Shown: piece by piece, positions 1 through 9,292 of the stretch
Layout of the letters: each line of letters starts with the position of its first letter
How positions within the stretch are numbered: position 1 is the first letter of the stretch
Origin: Burkholderiales bacterium
GTDB lineage: Bacteria > Pseudomonadota > Gammaproteobacteria > Burkholderiales > Burkholderiaceae_C
Assembly: GCA_038327925.1 (NCBI GenBank)
Contig: JBBQLM010000020.1
Coordinates: forward strand, 9,569 to 73,568
Direction of reading: 5' to 3'
Length of the DNA stretch: 64,000 bases
Notes under the pieces: model-generated
Told to the model about the DNA's origin: nothing
The model's database searches: none
What the model saw: only the letters and a program-made list of their open reading frames with translations
Position numbers and translations under genes: made by a program

Positions 1-97
1 TGCTTGGTAAAAATAATTGGACTGTTCGGCGGTGCATGCGCGCCCCCGCAGCGAACAGACCAGCGAGGGAGCCCAAAAAGGACTGCACTGTAGACAA

Positions 98-149
98 TTG
101 TCTGTCCCCAGTTCTTGCGACAGACAAAGCCGCCCGGTTGCGACATACT
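98..149 (+). promoter_or_regulatory. Putative operator + promoter upstream of sensor kinase 1
   Basis: Perfect inverted repeat TTGTCTGTC (98-106) / GACAGACAA (119-127) with a 12-nt spacer, preceded by the palindrome AGACAATTGTCT (92-103). GACAGACA is followed by N17 and CATACT (144-149). Six other sites in the window share this geometry. Confidence 0.6.
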
Positions 150-204
150 GCGCCCCCGACGCTGCCGCGAACCGCGCCAGACCACCACGCACCAACACCG
201 GACA

Positions 205-2133
205 ATGCGCAAGTTCGCCTCTCTGATCGCTTTCATGATGGTCTTCGGGCAAATGGCAGCCCATGCGGGCGAGCCCATGCACATCACCCGCGCGGATGTG
301 CTGGAAATCGATGGCCAGGGCTATACGCCCGCGCCATACGCCATCGCGTCCGAGGGACCGAAGGGCGACTGGGCATCGGAGCCCTTGCCCCGTGCCCCAC
401 GTCCACGGCACGCGCTGGGGCGCTTGCCCCAGGAAAGCGAGGCTCCGACCCGCACCACCTGGTACCGCGCGCAGCTTGTGGCTCCGGCGGACGCCGCCAC
501 CGCCGCGCCCACCTTCAATGGGGCGGACACGCCGCTTTACCTCTACATCCCGCGCTGGAAGTCGGACGGCTCCATCGCCGTGTATGGCAATGGCCGGCTG
601 CTCTACCAGTCCAAGGCAAACCTGCAATGGAACGGATCCAACCACCCGCTATTCATCGCGTTGGACACCACCGCCGATGCGCCGCCGCCGCGCGAGCTGC
701 TGATCCGCCTGCAGCACTTGCGCGGCATCGGTGGCGCGCTGTCGTCCCTGTGGGTTGGGCAGCATGCCGATCTGGCCTGGCGCTACACCATCCGCGAATG
801 GCTGCAAACCCAATTGCCGTTCATGTGCAGCGCGGCCTTTCTGTCCATCGGCGTCTTCGCCTGTCTGGTCTGGCGCAAGCATCGCCACAAAAAGCTGTAT
901 CTGCTGTTCTTCCTGATGTCGCTGGCGGCCTTCGTCCGCACGCTGCACGAACACGCCGGCGTGGAGCGCCTGCCGATCAGCGACGCGTGGTTTGGCTGGC
1001 TGACCGTCAACGCCTTGTTCTGGCTGCTCGCCCTCTCCCACCTGTTCCTGGTCCAGTTGCATGGCCGCGCGCGGCCCTGGTTGGCGAGGCTGGTGTTGCT
1101 GGTCGCAGCAGCCAGCACGCTCATCACCCTGCCACTGCCTGGCATGCCGGACGCAACCCTGGTTGCCGCCTTCCTCTACATCGCGCTGCTCCTGGTTGGC
1201 GGCGTGGCTTTCGCGCTGGACTGGCACGACGCGCGGCGCAGCCGCTCAAAAGACGGCATGCTGCTGGCCGGCTGGAGCCTGATGTTCATCCCGCTCGGCA
1301 TCTATGACTGGCTGCTGCAAAACAACCTGCGCAACATCGAAGGGACGTTTCTGACCAGCTACTCCAACATGGGCGCATTCATCCTGTTCTCCTACGCCCT
1401 GTTCCATCGCTACCGGATGGCCATCGCCGAAGTGGAGCACGTCAACGCCAGCCTGGAGAGCCGCTTGCAGGCGCGCGAGGCAGAGCTGACGCTGAGCCAC
1501 CAGCGCCTGCGCGAGATCGAGCAGCGCCAAACCCTGGCGCAGGAGCGCCAGCGCCTGATGCAGGACATGCACGACGGCCTGGGCTCTTCGCTGGCCAGCG
1601 CGCTGCGCGTGGTCGAGAAGGGCCGCCTGGGCGAGGCCGACGTGGCCCAGGTGCTCAAGGGTTGCATCGACGACCTGAAGCTGGCCATCGATTCCATGGA
1701 GCCGGTCGACGCCGACTTGCTGCTGTTGCTGGCCACGCTGCGCTTTCGCCTAGGGCCACGATTGGAGAGCACCGGGATTGCGTTGCGTTGGGAGGTAAAC
1801 AGCGTGCCGCCACTGGACTGGCTGGACCCCAAGCACGCGTTGCACATACTGCGCATCCTGCAAGAGGCGTTTACCAACATCATCAAGCACACCCAGGCCA
1901 CCGAGATCCACCTCAGCACCGCCGTGGAAAGCGACTGGGTGGTGGTGCGCATCACCGACAACGGCCAGGGCTTCGCGGTGGAGCAGGCCCTTCAAGGCGG
2001 CGGCAAGGGCCTGTCCAACCAGCAGCGCCGCGCGCAGGCCATTGGCGCCAAAGTGGATTGGGAAACAAGCATCGCGGGAACTTGCTTCCACCTCCATCTA
2101 CCTCTGCAACCCAGCGCAAACGGCATGCTGTAG
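205..2133 (+). CDS. Sensor histidine kinase, 7TM (7TMR-DISM-like) sensor, HisKA_3/HATPase_c transmitter (paralog 1)
   Basis: ORF 115..2133, with the start moved to ATG 205 (MRKFASLIAFMMVFGQMAAHA, signal-like) because the operator/promoter lies at 98-149. A ~190-aa periplasmic region is followed by about 7 hydrophobic segments. H-box DMHDGLGSSL and ATPase motifs NIIKHT, DNGQGF, GKGLSN are present. Confidence 0.85.
   Translation: MRKFASLIAFMMVFGQMAAHAGEPMHITRADVLEIDGQGYTPAPYAIASEGPKGDWASEPLPRAPRPRHALGRLPQESEAPTRTTWYRAQLVAPADAATAAPTFNGADTPLYLYIPRWKSDGSIAVYGNGRLLYQSKANLQWNGSNHPLFIALDTTADAPPPRELLIRLQHLRGIGGALSSLWVGQHADLAWRYTIREWLQTQLPFMCSAAFLSIGVFACLVWRKHRHKKLYLLFFLMSLAAFVRTLHEHAGVERLPISDAWFGWLTVNALFWLLALSHLFLVQLHGRARPWLARLVLLVAAASTLITLPLPGMPDATLVAAFLYIALLLVGGVAFALDWHDARRSRSKDGMLLAGWSLMFIPLGIYDWLLQNNLRNIEGTFLTSYSNMGAFILFSYALFHRYRMAIAEVEHVNASLESRLQAREAELTLSHQRLREIEQRQTLAQERQRLMQDMHDGLGSSLASALRVVEKGRLGEADVAQVLKGCIDDLKLAIDSMEPVDADLLLLLATLRFRLGPRLESTGIALRWEVNSVPPLDWLDPKHALHILRILQEAFTNIIKHTQATEIHLSTAVESDWVVVRITDNGQGFAVEQALQGGGKGLSNQQRRAQAIGAKVDWETSIAGTCFHLHLPLQPSANGML
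1462..2090 (+). repeat. Long direct repeat: transmitter-domain coding segment near-identical to 19900..20530
   Basis: Compared by eye, only scattered substitutions. The encoded peptide LQAREAELTLSHQRLREIEQRQTLAQERQRLMQDMHDGLGSS...ATLRFRLGPRLE is identical in both kinases. Confidence 0.85.
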
Positions 2134-2150
2134 CCAACGCCACCCCAGCC

Positions 2151-2200
2151 GTCTGTCCCCAAAACTAGCGACAGACAGACCCGCAATATTGCGGCACCAT
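2151..2200 (+). promoter_or_regulatory. Putative operator + promoter upstream of small secreted protein gene
   Basis: GTCTGTC (2151-2157), 12-nt spacer, GACAGAC (2170-2176). GACAGACA is followed by N17 and CACCAT (2195-2200). Confidence 0.55.
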
Positions 2201-2236
2201 GCGCCCGTCCTTCAACCATTCGAGAAAGCAATCACC

Positions 2237-2599
2237 ATGAAACACTCCCCACGCACCACCTCGCACCGCAGCCTGGCAGCCACCGGTCTGTTGGCACTTG
2301 CCTTACTGGGCGGCAGCATCGCGGCCAGCGCCCAGCAGTGGTACTTCTATGTCAAGAACGACTCCAGCCAAGCCATCGTAGGCTTGTACACATCGGAGAA
2401 TGGCAGCAAGTGGGGACGCTTCAATCTGGGCTCCGGCATCGCCTCGGGCAAGAAGGTCAAGCTGACCTGGAACGCATCGACCAACAACCAGGATTGCAAC
2501 CAATACGTCAAGGCGGTGTTTGCCGATGGCAGCGAAGTCAAGACGGCCAAGATGGACTTCTGCGACGACCTGGACGAGCCCATTGTGTTCTCCGACTGA
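2237..2599 (+). CDS. Small secreted protein, unknown function (120 aa)
   Basis: ATG 2237 lies inside ORF 2042..2599. Signal peptide MKHSPRTTSHRSLAATGLLALALLGGSIAASAQQ; two Cys. No family recognised. It has its own operator copy. Confidence 0.65.
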   Translation: MKHSPRTTSHRSLAATGLLALALLGGSIAASAQQWYFYVKNDSSQAIVGLYTSENGSKWGRFNLGSGIASGKKVKLTWNASTNNQDCNQYVKAVFADGSEVKTAKMDFCDDLDEPIVFSD

Positions 2600-2606
2600 T
2601 CACCCA

Positions 2607-3980
2607 TCAGGGTTTCACCGTCAACCCCTGGGTGGCATTGCGGAACGCATGGACCCGGTAGGTCCAGTTGGAGCCACCGCCCCAGAGGCTGTCAGCCCAA
2701 TGCTCCGCAGGCACCGTGCCCAGGGTCAGGGCCGGTGTCACCACTGAGGACCGCGTGGCCCCGTTCGCAGTCGTGGTCAGCAAACCCGTCCCATCGGTTT
2801 GAATGACAAAGGAGACAAAGCCCGGCATGCTTTCAATCAGCGCGACGCGCAAAGCATCCGGTTCCAGAAACGCCGGACGCAACACCTGCTCATCGCCCGC
2901 GCTGTCGGTGAAGCGGTACAGGCCGTCGCTACCCTGCTTGAGACTGGGCGCGCCTGGCGTGACCTTGGTCACCAGATGGTCGGGGTTGGCCGCATAGATG
3001 GTGCTGCCGCTCTGGACGGTGATCAGCCCCAGATCGTTGACCTTGGACGTCAAGCCCATGGAGGCCACGAGCGTGCCAAATTCGGTGTAGTTGAACCGCA
3101 CCGGTTCTGCGGAAAGGCTGCAATGCGGGACAGTCCATGTGATCACGATGGAGCCGTCACCACCTTTTGCACCCGGCGCGCCGCCATTGGATGCCACCGT
3201 GACCGCTCCACCGGTGCTTCCACCGCCACCACCACCGCCAAGCCAGGCGGCGCCGCCGCCGCCGCCGTAGCCGCCACCGCCGCCGCCGCCGAAGAGGCCA
3301 CCGGAGACGTTGAAATCAGCGAGGCAGTTGTGAAAAGCATCGCCGCTACCGCCGCTACCACCCCCGCTGCCAGCACCACCAATACCACCACTAATACTGC
3401 CGTCGATGACGTAGCCGTGGCTGTTGAGGTTGCCGCCACCGCCGCTACCACCGCTGCCACCGTTGCCGTTGCCGCCGTTTTGGCAGGAACCGACGAGGAC
3501 TCCGGGGCCACCATTGCCGCCGCTCCCACCGGCGCCCTGGCTGTAGCCGTAGCCCATGCCGCCGTCACCGCCGTTTCCGTCGCCACCGGCGCCCACGGCC
3601 CCGCCGCCGCCGCCGCCAGCTACAACTTGCTGTGTGGTTCCTGCATTCACCGTGCTGGAACCGCCGCCTCCACCGGCGAGCTGTCGCGTTGCGGCTCCTG
3701 CCTTCAAAACGTTGGAACCAGCGCCCCCGCCGCCGCCGACAAACAAGCTCAGCGTGGTGCCCCCTACGCCAGGCAACGTAGCGGTGACGACACCTCCCGC
3801 ACCACCGTTACCAACCCCGCCACCGCCACCTCCACCGGTGGCAACCACGTTGACCGAATACACGCCCGCGGGAATGGCGCAGGTCGCCGCGCCGGGAGTT
3901 GTGATGTTGCATGAGCCCGCATGGGCCGCCAAGCCGGTCAGGCCGGCAGCAAGGGCTAACAGAAGAGGTTTGAATTGCAT
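2607..3980 (-). CDS. Secreted glycine-rich protein (ALK/LTK-type Gly-rich domain-like) with diverged half-copy of the shared C-terminal module
   Basis: ORF 2607..4025, start moved to ATG 3980 (MQFKPLLLALAAGLTGLAAHAGS). Has beta-strand/poly-Gly alternation (VYSVNVVATGGGGGGG...TTLSLFVGGGGGAG). The C-terminus GSDGLYRFTDSAGDEQVLRPAFLEPDALRVAL...YRVHAFRNATQGLTVKP aligns to the distal ~140 aa of the module. Confidence 0.8.
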   Translation of the reverse strand: MQFKPLLLALAAGLTGLAAHAGSCNITTPGAATCAIPAGVYSVNVVATGGGGGGGVGNGGAGGVVTATLPGVGGTTLSLFVGGGGGAGSNVLKAGAATRQLAGGGGGSSTVNAGTTQQVVAGGGGGGAVGAGGDGNGGDGGMGYGYSQGAGGSGGNGGPGVLVGSCQNGGNGNGGSGGSGGGGNLNSHGYVIDGSISGGIGGAGSGGGSGGSGDAFHNCLADFNVSGGLFGGGGGGGYGGGGGAAWLGGGGGGGSTGGAVTVASNGGAPGAKGGDGSIVITWTVPHCSLSAEPVRFNYTEFGTLVASMGLTSKVNDLGLITVQSGSTIYAANPDHLVTKVTPGAPSLKQGSDGLYRFTDSAGDEQVLRPAFLEPDALRVALIESMPGFVSFVIQTDGTGLLTTTANGATRSSVVTPALTLGTVPAEHWADSLWGGGSNWTYRVHAFRNATQGLTVKP

Positions 3981-4033
3981 TGCGTTCTTTCGATGATCGA
4001 CAGGGTTCCAAGAGCGCACCCCCAACGCAGCGC

Positions 4034-4080
4034 ATCGTAGGGACTTGCGCCCCGCCTGTCTGTCCCCAGAACTAGTGACA
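4034..4080 (-). promoter_or_regulatory. Putative operator + promoter for 2607..3980
   Basis: Gene-sense reading is TGTCACTAGTTCTGGGGACAGACA, then N17, then TACGAT (plus-strand atcgta 4034-4039, tgtctgtc 4057-4064). Confidence 0.6.
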
Positions 4081-4124
4081 AGCCCCGCCCCACGGCTGTG
4101 CTAGCGCCGGCCAAGGACTAGTAG

Positions 4125-4181
4125 CCAAATAGGCCTCAAGCCCTCGTCATACCTGCGTATACAGCTATTGTTTTTATAGCA
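4125..4181 (-). repeat. Dispersed REP-like intergenic repeat, copy 1
   Basis: The reverse complement reads TGCTATAAAAACAATAGCTGTATACGCAGGTATGACGAGGGCTTGAGGCCTATTTGG. Nine related copies occur in the window. Confidence 0.8.
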
Positions 4182-4190
4182 TCCATACCA

Positions 4191-4949
4191 TCAAGGCTTC
4201 ACCGTCACCCCCTGCGCCGTGCCCAGCGGCTGGTTGTTGACCATGCGGTAGCGGGCTTTGCCGCCTTGCCCTGTGCCGTCTTGCCACACGCTCTGCCCCA
4301 CCCGCTCGGTGGGCACGCCCGAGACCGTCAGGTCTGGCACCAGCGTGTAGCGCTGGCCCTGGAACACGATGGTGGCGGTGCCGTCAAGCTGAATACTCAG
4401 CGTGGCGCTACCGTCCAGGCCCAGCAGAGCGTTGTGCAGCGCGGTCACATCGGCAAAGGCCGGGTACAGGATTTGGTGGTTGCCTTGGGCGTCGATGAAG
4501 TGCCAGTTGCCGTCAGCGCCTATGACCAATTGCGCGCTGCCCGTGGAGGGATCGAGTTGGACCTGCACACCGGGTTGCACCGCGTAGATCAGGCCGTTGA
4601 ACGTGGCAATCAGCACACCGTTGTCGGCCTGCCTGACCACCACGCCGGGCAAGAGGGCCAGCAGTTGGTCCAGGCTCACCAAAGCCGGGGTGATGACCAG
4701 CGACTGGCCGTTGCGCACGATCTGGTAGCGGCCATCGCCCAGGGGGTAGATGCCGTTGGCGCGCGGGTCACCGCTGCCTTGGTAGTTGCTGGGCACAAAG
4801 GCCAGCTTGCCACCGTTGAAGCCGCTCAGGGTGACGGTGCCCAGCGCGTTTTGGCCTATGGGTTGCAGCGGCTGGCCCAGCGCGTTGGAGAGCATGGCCA
4901 CCAGGTCGGCCAGGAAGGCCGGGCCTTCGCCAGCGGCCATGTTGACGAT
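4191..4949 (-). repeat. DNA repeat encoding shared C-terminal module (class 1)
   Basis: Near-identical at nucleotide level to 8534..9292 and clearly related to 12468..13220 and 16653..17408. Confidence 0.85.
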
Positions 4950-7900
4950 GGGCGGCAGCGCGGTGACGCCGGGGACGGTGACGGGCAACGGGGGAATGAC
5001 AGGCAGGGTGGGCGTGCTCACCGGGACCTGCACCGGGATGGCTTGCTTGAGGATGAAGCCATCCTGTTGACCGACCGCCGTCAGCGCCGGGGTGGTGAGA
5101 TTGCCGCCAAAACTCCCGCCCAGGGTGATATTGCCGACAGCATCCATGGCGATGGCATTGGCGTTGGCACTTGCCCCGCTGCCGCCGTAGTTCTTCGCCA
5201 AGCCAATGGCGCCGTTGGCGTCGAGCTTGAAGGCGAACACGTCTCTGTTGCCGATGAGCGTCAGCGCCGGGGTGGTGAGGTTGGTCGCGCTGCTGGCCTG
5301 CCCTGTGGAAAACACCCCGCCGAGGGCGACATTGCCAGCGGCATCGACGGCGATGGCATTCACCGAGGCATTCAACCCGCTGCCGCCAAAATTCTTGGCC
5401 CAGACGGCGGCGCCGGTGTTATCGAGCTTGAAGGCGAAGGCGTCTTGCGAGCCAATTTTGCTCAGCACCGGGGTGGTGAGGTCGCCAGACTCGAAATATC
5501 CACCCAGATAGACATTGCCGCTCCCATCCACCGCAATGCCGAAGGCCTCCGCAAACGCCCCGCTGCCGCCGAAGTTCTTGACCCAGAGGGTGGCGCCGCT
5601 GGCGTCGAGTTTGAGGGCGAAGGCGTCCCCCACGCCGATTTTCGTCAGCGCCGGGGTGGTCAGGTTGGCGGATTTGAAATTCCCGCCCAGATAGACATTG
5701 CCGCCGCCATCCACCGCGATGCCATAGCCGTAGGCCTTTGCCCCGCTGCCGCCGAAGTTCTTGGCCCAGGCGATGCTGCCGTCGGCATTCAGTTTGAAAG
5801 CAAAGGCATCGCTGTTGCCGAAGCTGGTCAGTGCTGGAGTGCCGAAGACACCGCCATTGAAATTCCCGCTGTTGCCAAAATCCCCGCCCAAATAAACCTT
5901 GCCGGAAGCATCCACCGCGATGCTTCGCGCATGGATAGTCGCCGCGCCGGCGAACCCCTGCGCCCAGACGGTAGCGCCGCCGGCATCGAGTTTGAGGGCG
6001 AAAGAAGCCCCCCAGGCGCTGAGCGGGCCCAAGGCCGGGGTGGTGAGACTGCCAGAGGTATCCCCTGTCAGATAAACATTGCCGGCGCCATCGACCGCGA
6101 TGGCTCTGGCAAGCGCACTCACGGGATCGTAGGCATAAGTCAGCCCGCTGTCGCCGAAATTCTTCGCCCACAGCACGCTACCGGCGGCGTTGATCTTGGC
6201 GGCGAAGGCATCCAGTGCGCCGATGCGGGTCAGGGTGGTGCCGCCCAGTGTCAGGCTGGCGCCAGCGAAAGAGCCGGCGATATAGGTGTTGCCCGCCGCA
6301 TCGACCGCCGTGGCGTTGATGCTGGTGAAGGCGCCGCTGCTGCCAAAGCTGCTGGCGGTAAAGCTGCTGGACGTGCTGACACTGGCCGAGGCGCTGGAGG
6401 CGCTGCTGTTGCCGATGCCGTTGGCCGCCGTCACGCGGAAGGTGTAGGCCGTGCCCAGCGCCAGGCCGACGATATGGTGGGTGGTGGCGGTGCTGCCGGC
6501 ATCCACATCCACCCCGCCTGCCGGGCTGGTGATCACCGTGTAGCCGGTGATCGCCGAGCCGTTGTCCGCCGGGGCGGTAAAGCTGACGGTGGCGACGTTA
6601 CCGGTGAGCGTGACGGTGGGCGCCGCCAGTTGCGACGGCGCACCGGCATAGGCGAACAAGCCGTTGCCGATGCCACCGGTGCCCGACGGGGTGGTCACGG
6701 TGACATCCACCGCACCGAAGCTCGTGGTGCTGGCGGGCACGGTGACGGTGATGGAGGTGGCGGAATTGACGGTCAAGGACGTGCCGGGGTTGGCACCGAA
6801 GTTCACCGCAGTGGCTCCGCTGAGGCTGTAACCGCTGAGGGTCACGACCGTGCCGCCGGAGACACCGCCACTGGCGGTGCTGAGGCTGTTGACAACCGGC
6901 AACACGGTCGTTTGCTTGAGGATGAGGGCGTCCGTCCTGCCATTCGGGGTAAAGGTCAAGGCAGGGCTGGTGAGGTTGCCGTTGTCGAAAGACCCGCCCA
7001 GATGAACGTTGCCCGAGACATCGACGGCAATGGCGAAAGCGTTGGCACTTACTCTATTGCCATAGCGATCCACACCGCCACCGCCGTAGTTCCTGGCCCA
7101 GGTGGTAGCGCCAAGGGAGTCGAGCTTGAGGGCGAAGGCATCTGTGCTGCCGATCTTGGTCAAAGCCGGGGTGGTGAGGTTGGCGCTGCTGAAATCCCCG
7201 CCCAGATAGACGTTGCCCAAGGCATCGACGGCGATGCCGGTCGCTGTGGCTATCGCCCCTGCGCTGCCGCCGTAGTTCCGGGCCCAGGCACCGGTGCCCG
7301 AAACGGAGCCGACCGAATCGAGCTTGAAGGCAAAGACGTCTCCCGTGCCGATCAGACTCAAGGCCGGGGTGGTGAGGTTGGCAGAATCGAAATTCCCGCC
7401 CAGATAAACGTTGCCCGAGGCATCGACGGCAATGGCATTGGCATAAGCACCCGCCCCGCTGCCGCCGTAGTTCCGGGCCCAGTCGGGGGAGCCATTGCTC
7501 GGATCGAGCTTGAGGGCGAAAGCATCCGCGCCACCGATCCTGGTCAAGGCCGGGTAGGTGAGGTTGGCGCTGTGGAGATAGCCAGCCAGATAAACATCGC
7601 CCCAGGTATCGACGGCGATGGCGTTGGCCCGCGTTGTCGCCCCGCTGCCGCCGTAGTTTTTGGCCCAGATGGTGGTGCCGTCGGCGGCATCGAGCTTGAG
7701 GGCGAAGGCATCCTGAACGCCGCGCACGATCTCCCCCAGGATGGAGGGGTTGGTTCCATTGCCAGAATACCCGCTCAAATAGACACCGCCCGTGCCATCG
7801 ACGGCGATGCCGGTGGTTTTGGTGTTTTGAACGGACGTGCCACCCAAAACTTTCGCCCAGAGGGTCGTGCCAGCGTCATCGAGCTTGATGACAAAGGGAC

Positions 7901-8333
7901 CGGCGGCCCCAGGCACGGACGGGGTGGTGAGGGGGGCAACGGTGTCACCGCTCAAATAGACATTGCCCGAGGTATCGACGGCGATGCCGGTAGCCTGGGT
8001 ATTCGCCGCCCCACCGCCCACGTACGATGATGTGATTCCGCCATAGTTCCTGGCCCACAACACCGTGCCGCCGACGTCGATCTTGGCGACGAAGGCATCT
8101 GACCCACCACCGTTGCGCACGAGGGTGGTGGAGCCCAGCGGCTGCGTGTAGTTGGTGAAATAGCCGGCGATGTAGGTGTTGCCGGTGTCATCGACCACCG
8201 TGGCGTTGATCCTGGCCCACTGTGCGGGCATACCGAAGCTCAGCGCCCAATCCGCCGCTGCCGCTGGCCGCGCAAAGAACAGAAGCGCCGCCAGCAAGAC
8301 CAGCAGCAGAGAGAGCGGAGCAACACGTTTCAT
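4191..8333 (-). CDS. Giant secreted repeat protein: two SBBP-type beta-propeller repeat arrays + IPT/TIG-like + FN3-like + shared C-terminal module
   Basis: 1380 aa with Sec signal MKRVAPLSLLLVLLAALLFFARPAAAADW. About 9 plus about 8 copies of a ~55-aa repeat (WA[RK]N[YF]GGSG..A.AIAVD..GNVYLGG.F...NLTTPAL...G..DAFA[FL]KLD). The central IPT/TIG-like and FN3-like segments are tentative. A Pro-rich linker is followed by the 252-aa module. Confidence 0.9.
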   Translation of the reverse strand: MKRVAPLSLLLVLLAALLFFARPAAAADWALSFGMPAQWARINATVVDDTGNTYIAGYFTNYTQPLGSTTLVRNGGGSDAFVAKIDVGGTVLWARNYGGITSSYVGGGAANTQATGIAVDTSGNVYLSGDTVAPLTTPSVPGAAGPFVIKLDDAGTTLWAKVLGGTSVQNTKTTGIAVDGTGGVYLSGYSGNGTNPSILGEIVRGVQDAFALKLDAADGTTIWAKNYGGSGATTRANAIAVDTWGDVYLAGYLHSANLTYPALTRIGGADAFALKLDPSNGSPDWARNYGGSGAGAYANAIAVDASGNVYLGGNFDSANLTTPALSLIGTGDVFAFKLDSVGSVSGTGAWARNYGGSAGAIATATGIAVDALGNVYLGGDFSSANLTTPALTKIGSTDAFALKLDSLGATTWARNYGGGGVDRYGNRVSANAFAIAVDVSGNVHLGGSFDNGNLTSPALTFTPNGRTDALILKQTTVLPVVNSLSTASGGVSGGTVVTLSGYSLSGATAVNFGANPGTSLTVNSATSITVTVPASTTSFGAVDVTVTTPSGTGGIGNGLFAYAGAPSQLAAPTVTLTGNVATVSFTAPADNGSAITGYTVITSPAGGVDVDAGSTATTHHIVGLALGTAYTFRVTAANGIGNSSASSASASVSTSSSFTASSFGSSGAFTSINATAVDAAGNTYIAGSFAGASLTLGGTTLTRIGALDAFAAKINAAGSVLWAKNFGDSGLTYAYDPVSALARAIAVDGAGNVYLTGDTSGSLTTPALGPLSAWGASFALKLDAGGATVWAQGFAGAATIHARSIAVDASGKVYLGGDFGNSGNFNGGVFGTPALTSFGNSDAFAFKLNADGSIAWAKNFGGSGAKAYGYGIAVDGGGNVYLGGNFKSANLTTPALTKIGVGDAFALKLDASGATLWVKNFGGSGAFAEAFGIAVDGSGNVYLGGYFESGDLTTPVLSKIGSQDAFAFKLDNTGAAVWAKNFGGSGLNASVNAIAVDAAGNVALGGVFSTGQASSATNLTTPALTLIGNRDVFAFKLDANGAIGLAKNYGGSGASANANAIAMDAVGNITLGGSFGGNLTTPALTAVGQQDGFILKQAIPVQVPVSTPTLPVIPPLPVTVPGVTALPPIVNMAAGEGPAFLADLVAMLSNALGQPLQPIGQNALGTVTLSGFNGGKLAFVPSNYQGSGDPRANGIYPLGDGRYQIVRNGQSLVITPALVSLDQLLALLPGVVVRQADNGVLIATFNGLIYAVQPGVQVQLDPSTGSAQLVIGADGNWHFIDAQGNHQILYPAFADVTALHNALLGLDGSATLSIQLDGTATIVFQGQRYTLVPDLTVSGVPTERVGQSVWQDGTGQGGKARYRMVNNQPLGTAQGVTVKP

Positions 8334-8373
8334 GAAAAGCCTTTGGAGGGAGCAAGCAAGGGATTGGCGCTGA

Positions 8374-8420
8374 ATGGTAGGGACTTGCGCCGCGCCTGTC
8401 TGTCCCCAGAACTAGTGACA
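8374..8420 (-). promoter_or_regulatory. Putative operator + promoter for 4191..8333
   Basis: Plus-strand atggta 8374-8379 (sense TACCAT), N17, tgtctgtccccagaactagtgaca 8397-8420. Confidence 0.6.
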
Positions 8421-8464
8421 AGCCCCGCCCCATGGCTGTGCTAGCGCCGGCCAAGGACTAGTAG

Positions 8465-8521
8465 CCAAATAGGCCTACAGCCCTCGTCATACCTGCGTAT
8501 ACCGCTATTGTTTATGTAGCA
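8465..8521 (-). repeat. REP-like repeat, copy 2
   Basis: ccaaataggcctacagccctcgtcatacctgcgtataccgctattgtttatgtagca. Confidence 0.8.
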
Positions 8522-8533
8522 AACAACTCGCCA

Positions 8534-9292
8534 TCACGGCTTCACCGTCACCCCCTGTGCCGTGCCCAGCGGCTGGTTGTTGACCATGCGGTAGCGGGCT
8601 TTGCCGCCTTGCCCTGTGCCGTCTTGCCACACGCTCTGCCCCAGCCGCTCGGTGGGCACACCGGCAAGCGTGAGGTCTGGCACCAGCGTGTAGCGCTGGC
8701 CCTGGAACACGATGGTGGCGGTGCCGTCCAACTGAATACTCAGCGTGGCGCTGCCGTCCAGGCCCAGCAGTGCGTTGTGCAGCGCGGTCGCATCGGCAAA
8801 GGCGGGGTACAGGATTTGGCTGTTGCCTTGGGCGTCGATGAAGTGCCAGTTGCCGTCAGCGCCCATGACCAGTTGCGCGGCGCCCGTGGCGCTGTCCGTT
8901 TGCACCTGCACTCCGGGTTGCACCACGTAGGTCACGCCGTTGAACGTGGCAATCAACACGCCGTTATCAGCCTGGCGCACGCTCACGCCGGGCAGGAGCG
9001 CCAGCAGTTGGTCCAGGCTCACCAGGGCCGGAGTAATAACCAGCGACTGGCCGTTGCGCACGATCTGGTAGCGGACATCGCCCAGGGGGTAGATGCCGTT
9101 GGCGCGCGGGTCGCCACCGCCTTGGTAGTTGCTGGGCACAAAGGCCAGCTTGCCACCGTTGAAGCCGCTCAGGGTCACGGTGCCCAGCGCGTTTTGGCCG
9201 ATGGGTTGCAGCGGCTGGCCCAGTGCGCTGGAGAGCATGGCCACCAGATCGGCCATGAAGGCCGGGCCTTCGCCAGCGGCCATGTTGACGAT
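8534..9292 (-). repeat. DNA repeat encoding shared C-terminal module (class 1)
   Basis: See 4191..4949. Confidence 0.85.

Noticed and set aside
36-1307. A 423-aa ORF, and other alternate-frame ORFs, overlapping the first sensor kinase gene.
   Set aside because: It is same-strand but out of frame with an ORF that has unmistakable histidine-kinase motifs. Its Arg/Pro/Ala-rich composition is typical of off-frame G+C artefacts.
3180-3900. Short-period repetition in the Gly-rich gene (and at 11040-11760 in the collagen-like gene) that could be mistaken for a CRISPR array or a non-coding tandem repeat.
   Set aside because: The periodicity is 3 or 9 nt codon repetition (GGN or G-X-Y) inside long ORFs. 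There is no repeat-spacer structure of 25-40 bp units and there are no cas genes.
2607-3980. The glycine-rich protein as an RTX or T1SS substrate, or as an autotransporter.
   Set aside because: There are no GGxGxDxUx nonapeptides, no C-terminal beta-barrel-like alternating pattern and no T1SS genes nearby. An N-terminal Sec signal is present.
4266-8030. A 1254-aa plus-strand ORF antisense to the giant repeat protein. Similar long antisense or alternate-frame ORFs occur at 8609..9301, 12738..13838, 14621..16267, 16935..17855, 18664..20496, 20732..22792, 23467..24720, 25665..27053, 27950..28837, 28885..29808, 30154..31386, 31657..32505, 33407..34366, 34642..35712, 36025..37287, 37291..38904, 42366..43508, 43954..45969, 47620..48372, 48782..49936, 52071..53450, 55335..56387, 58541..59830 and 61179..62558.
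   Set aside because: In a high-G+C genome stop codons are rare in the mirror frames. These ORFs lie opposite ORFs with clear family signatures and proper signals. Their translations are Arg/Gly/Ala/His/Gln-rich low-complexity strings with no recognisable motifs.
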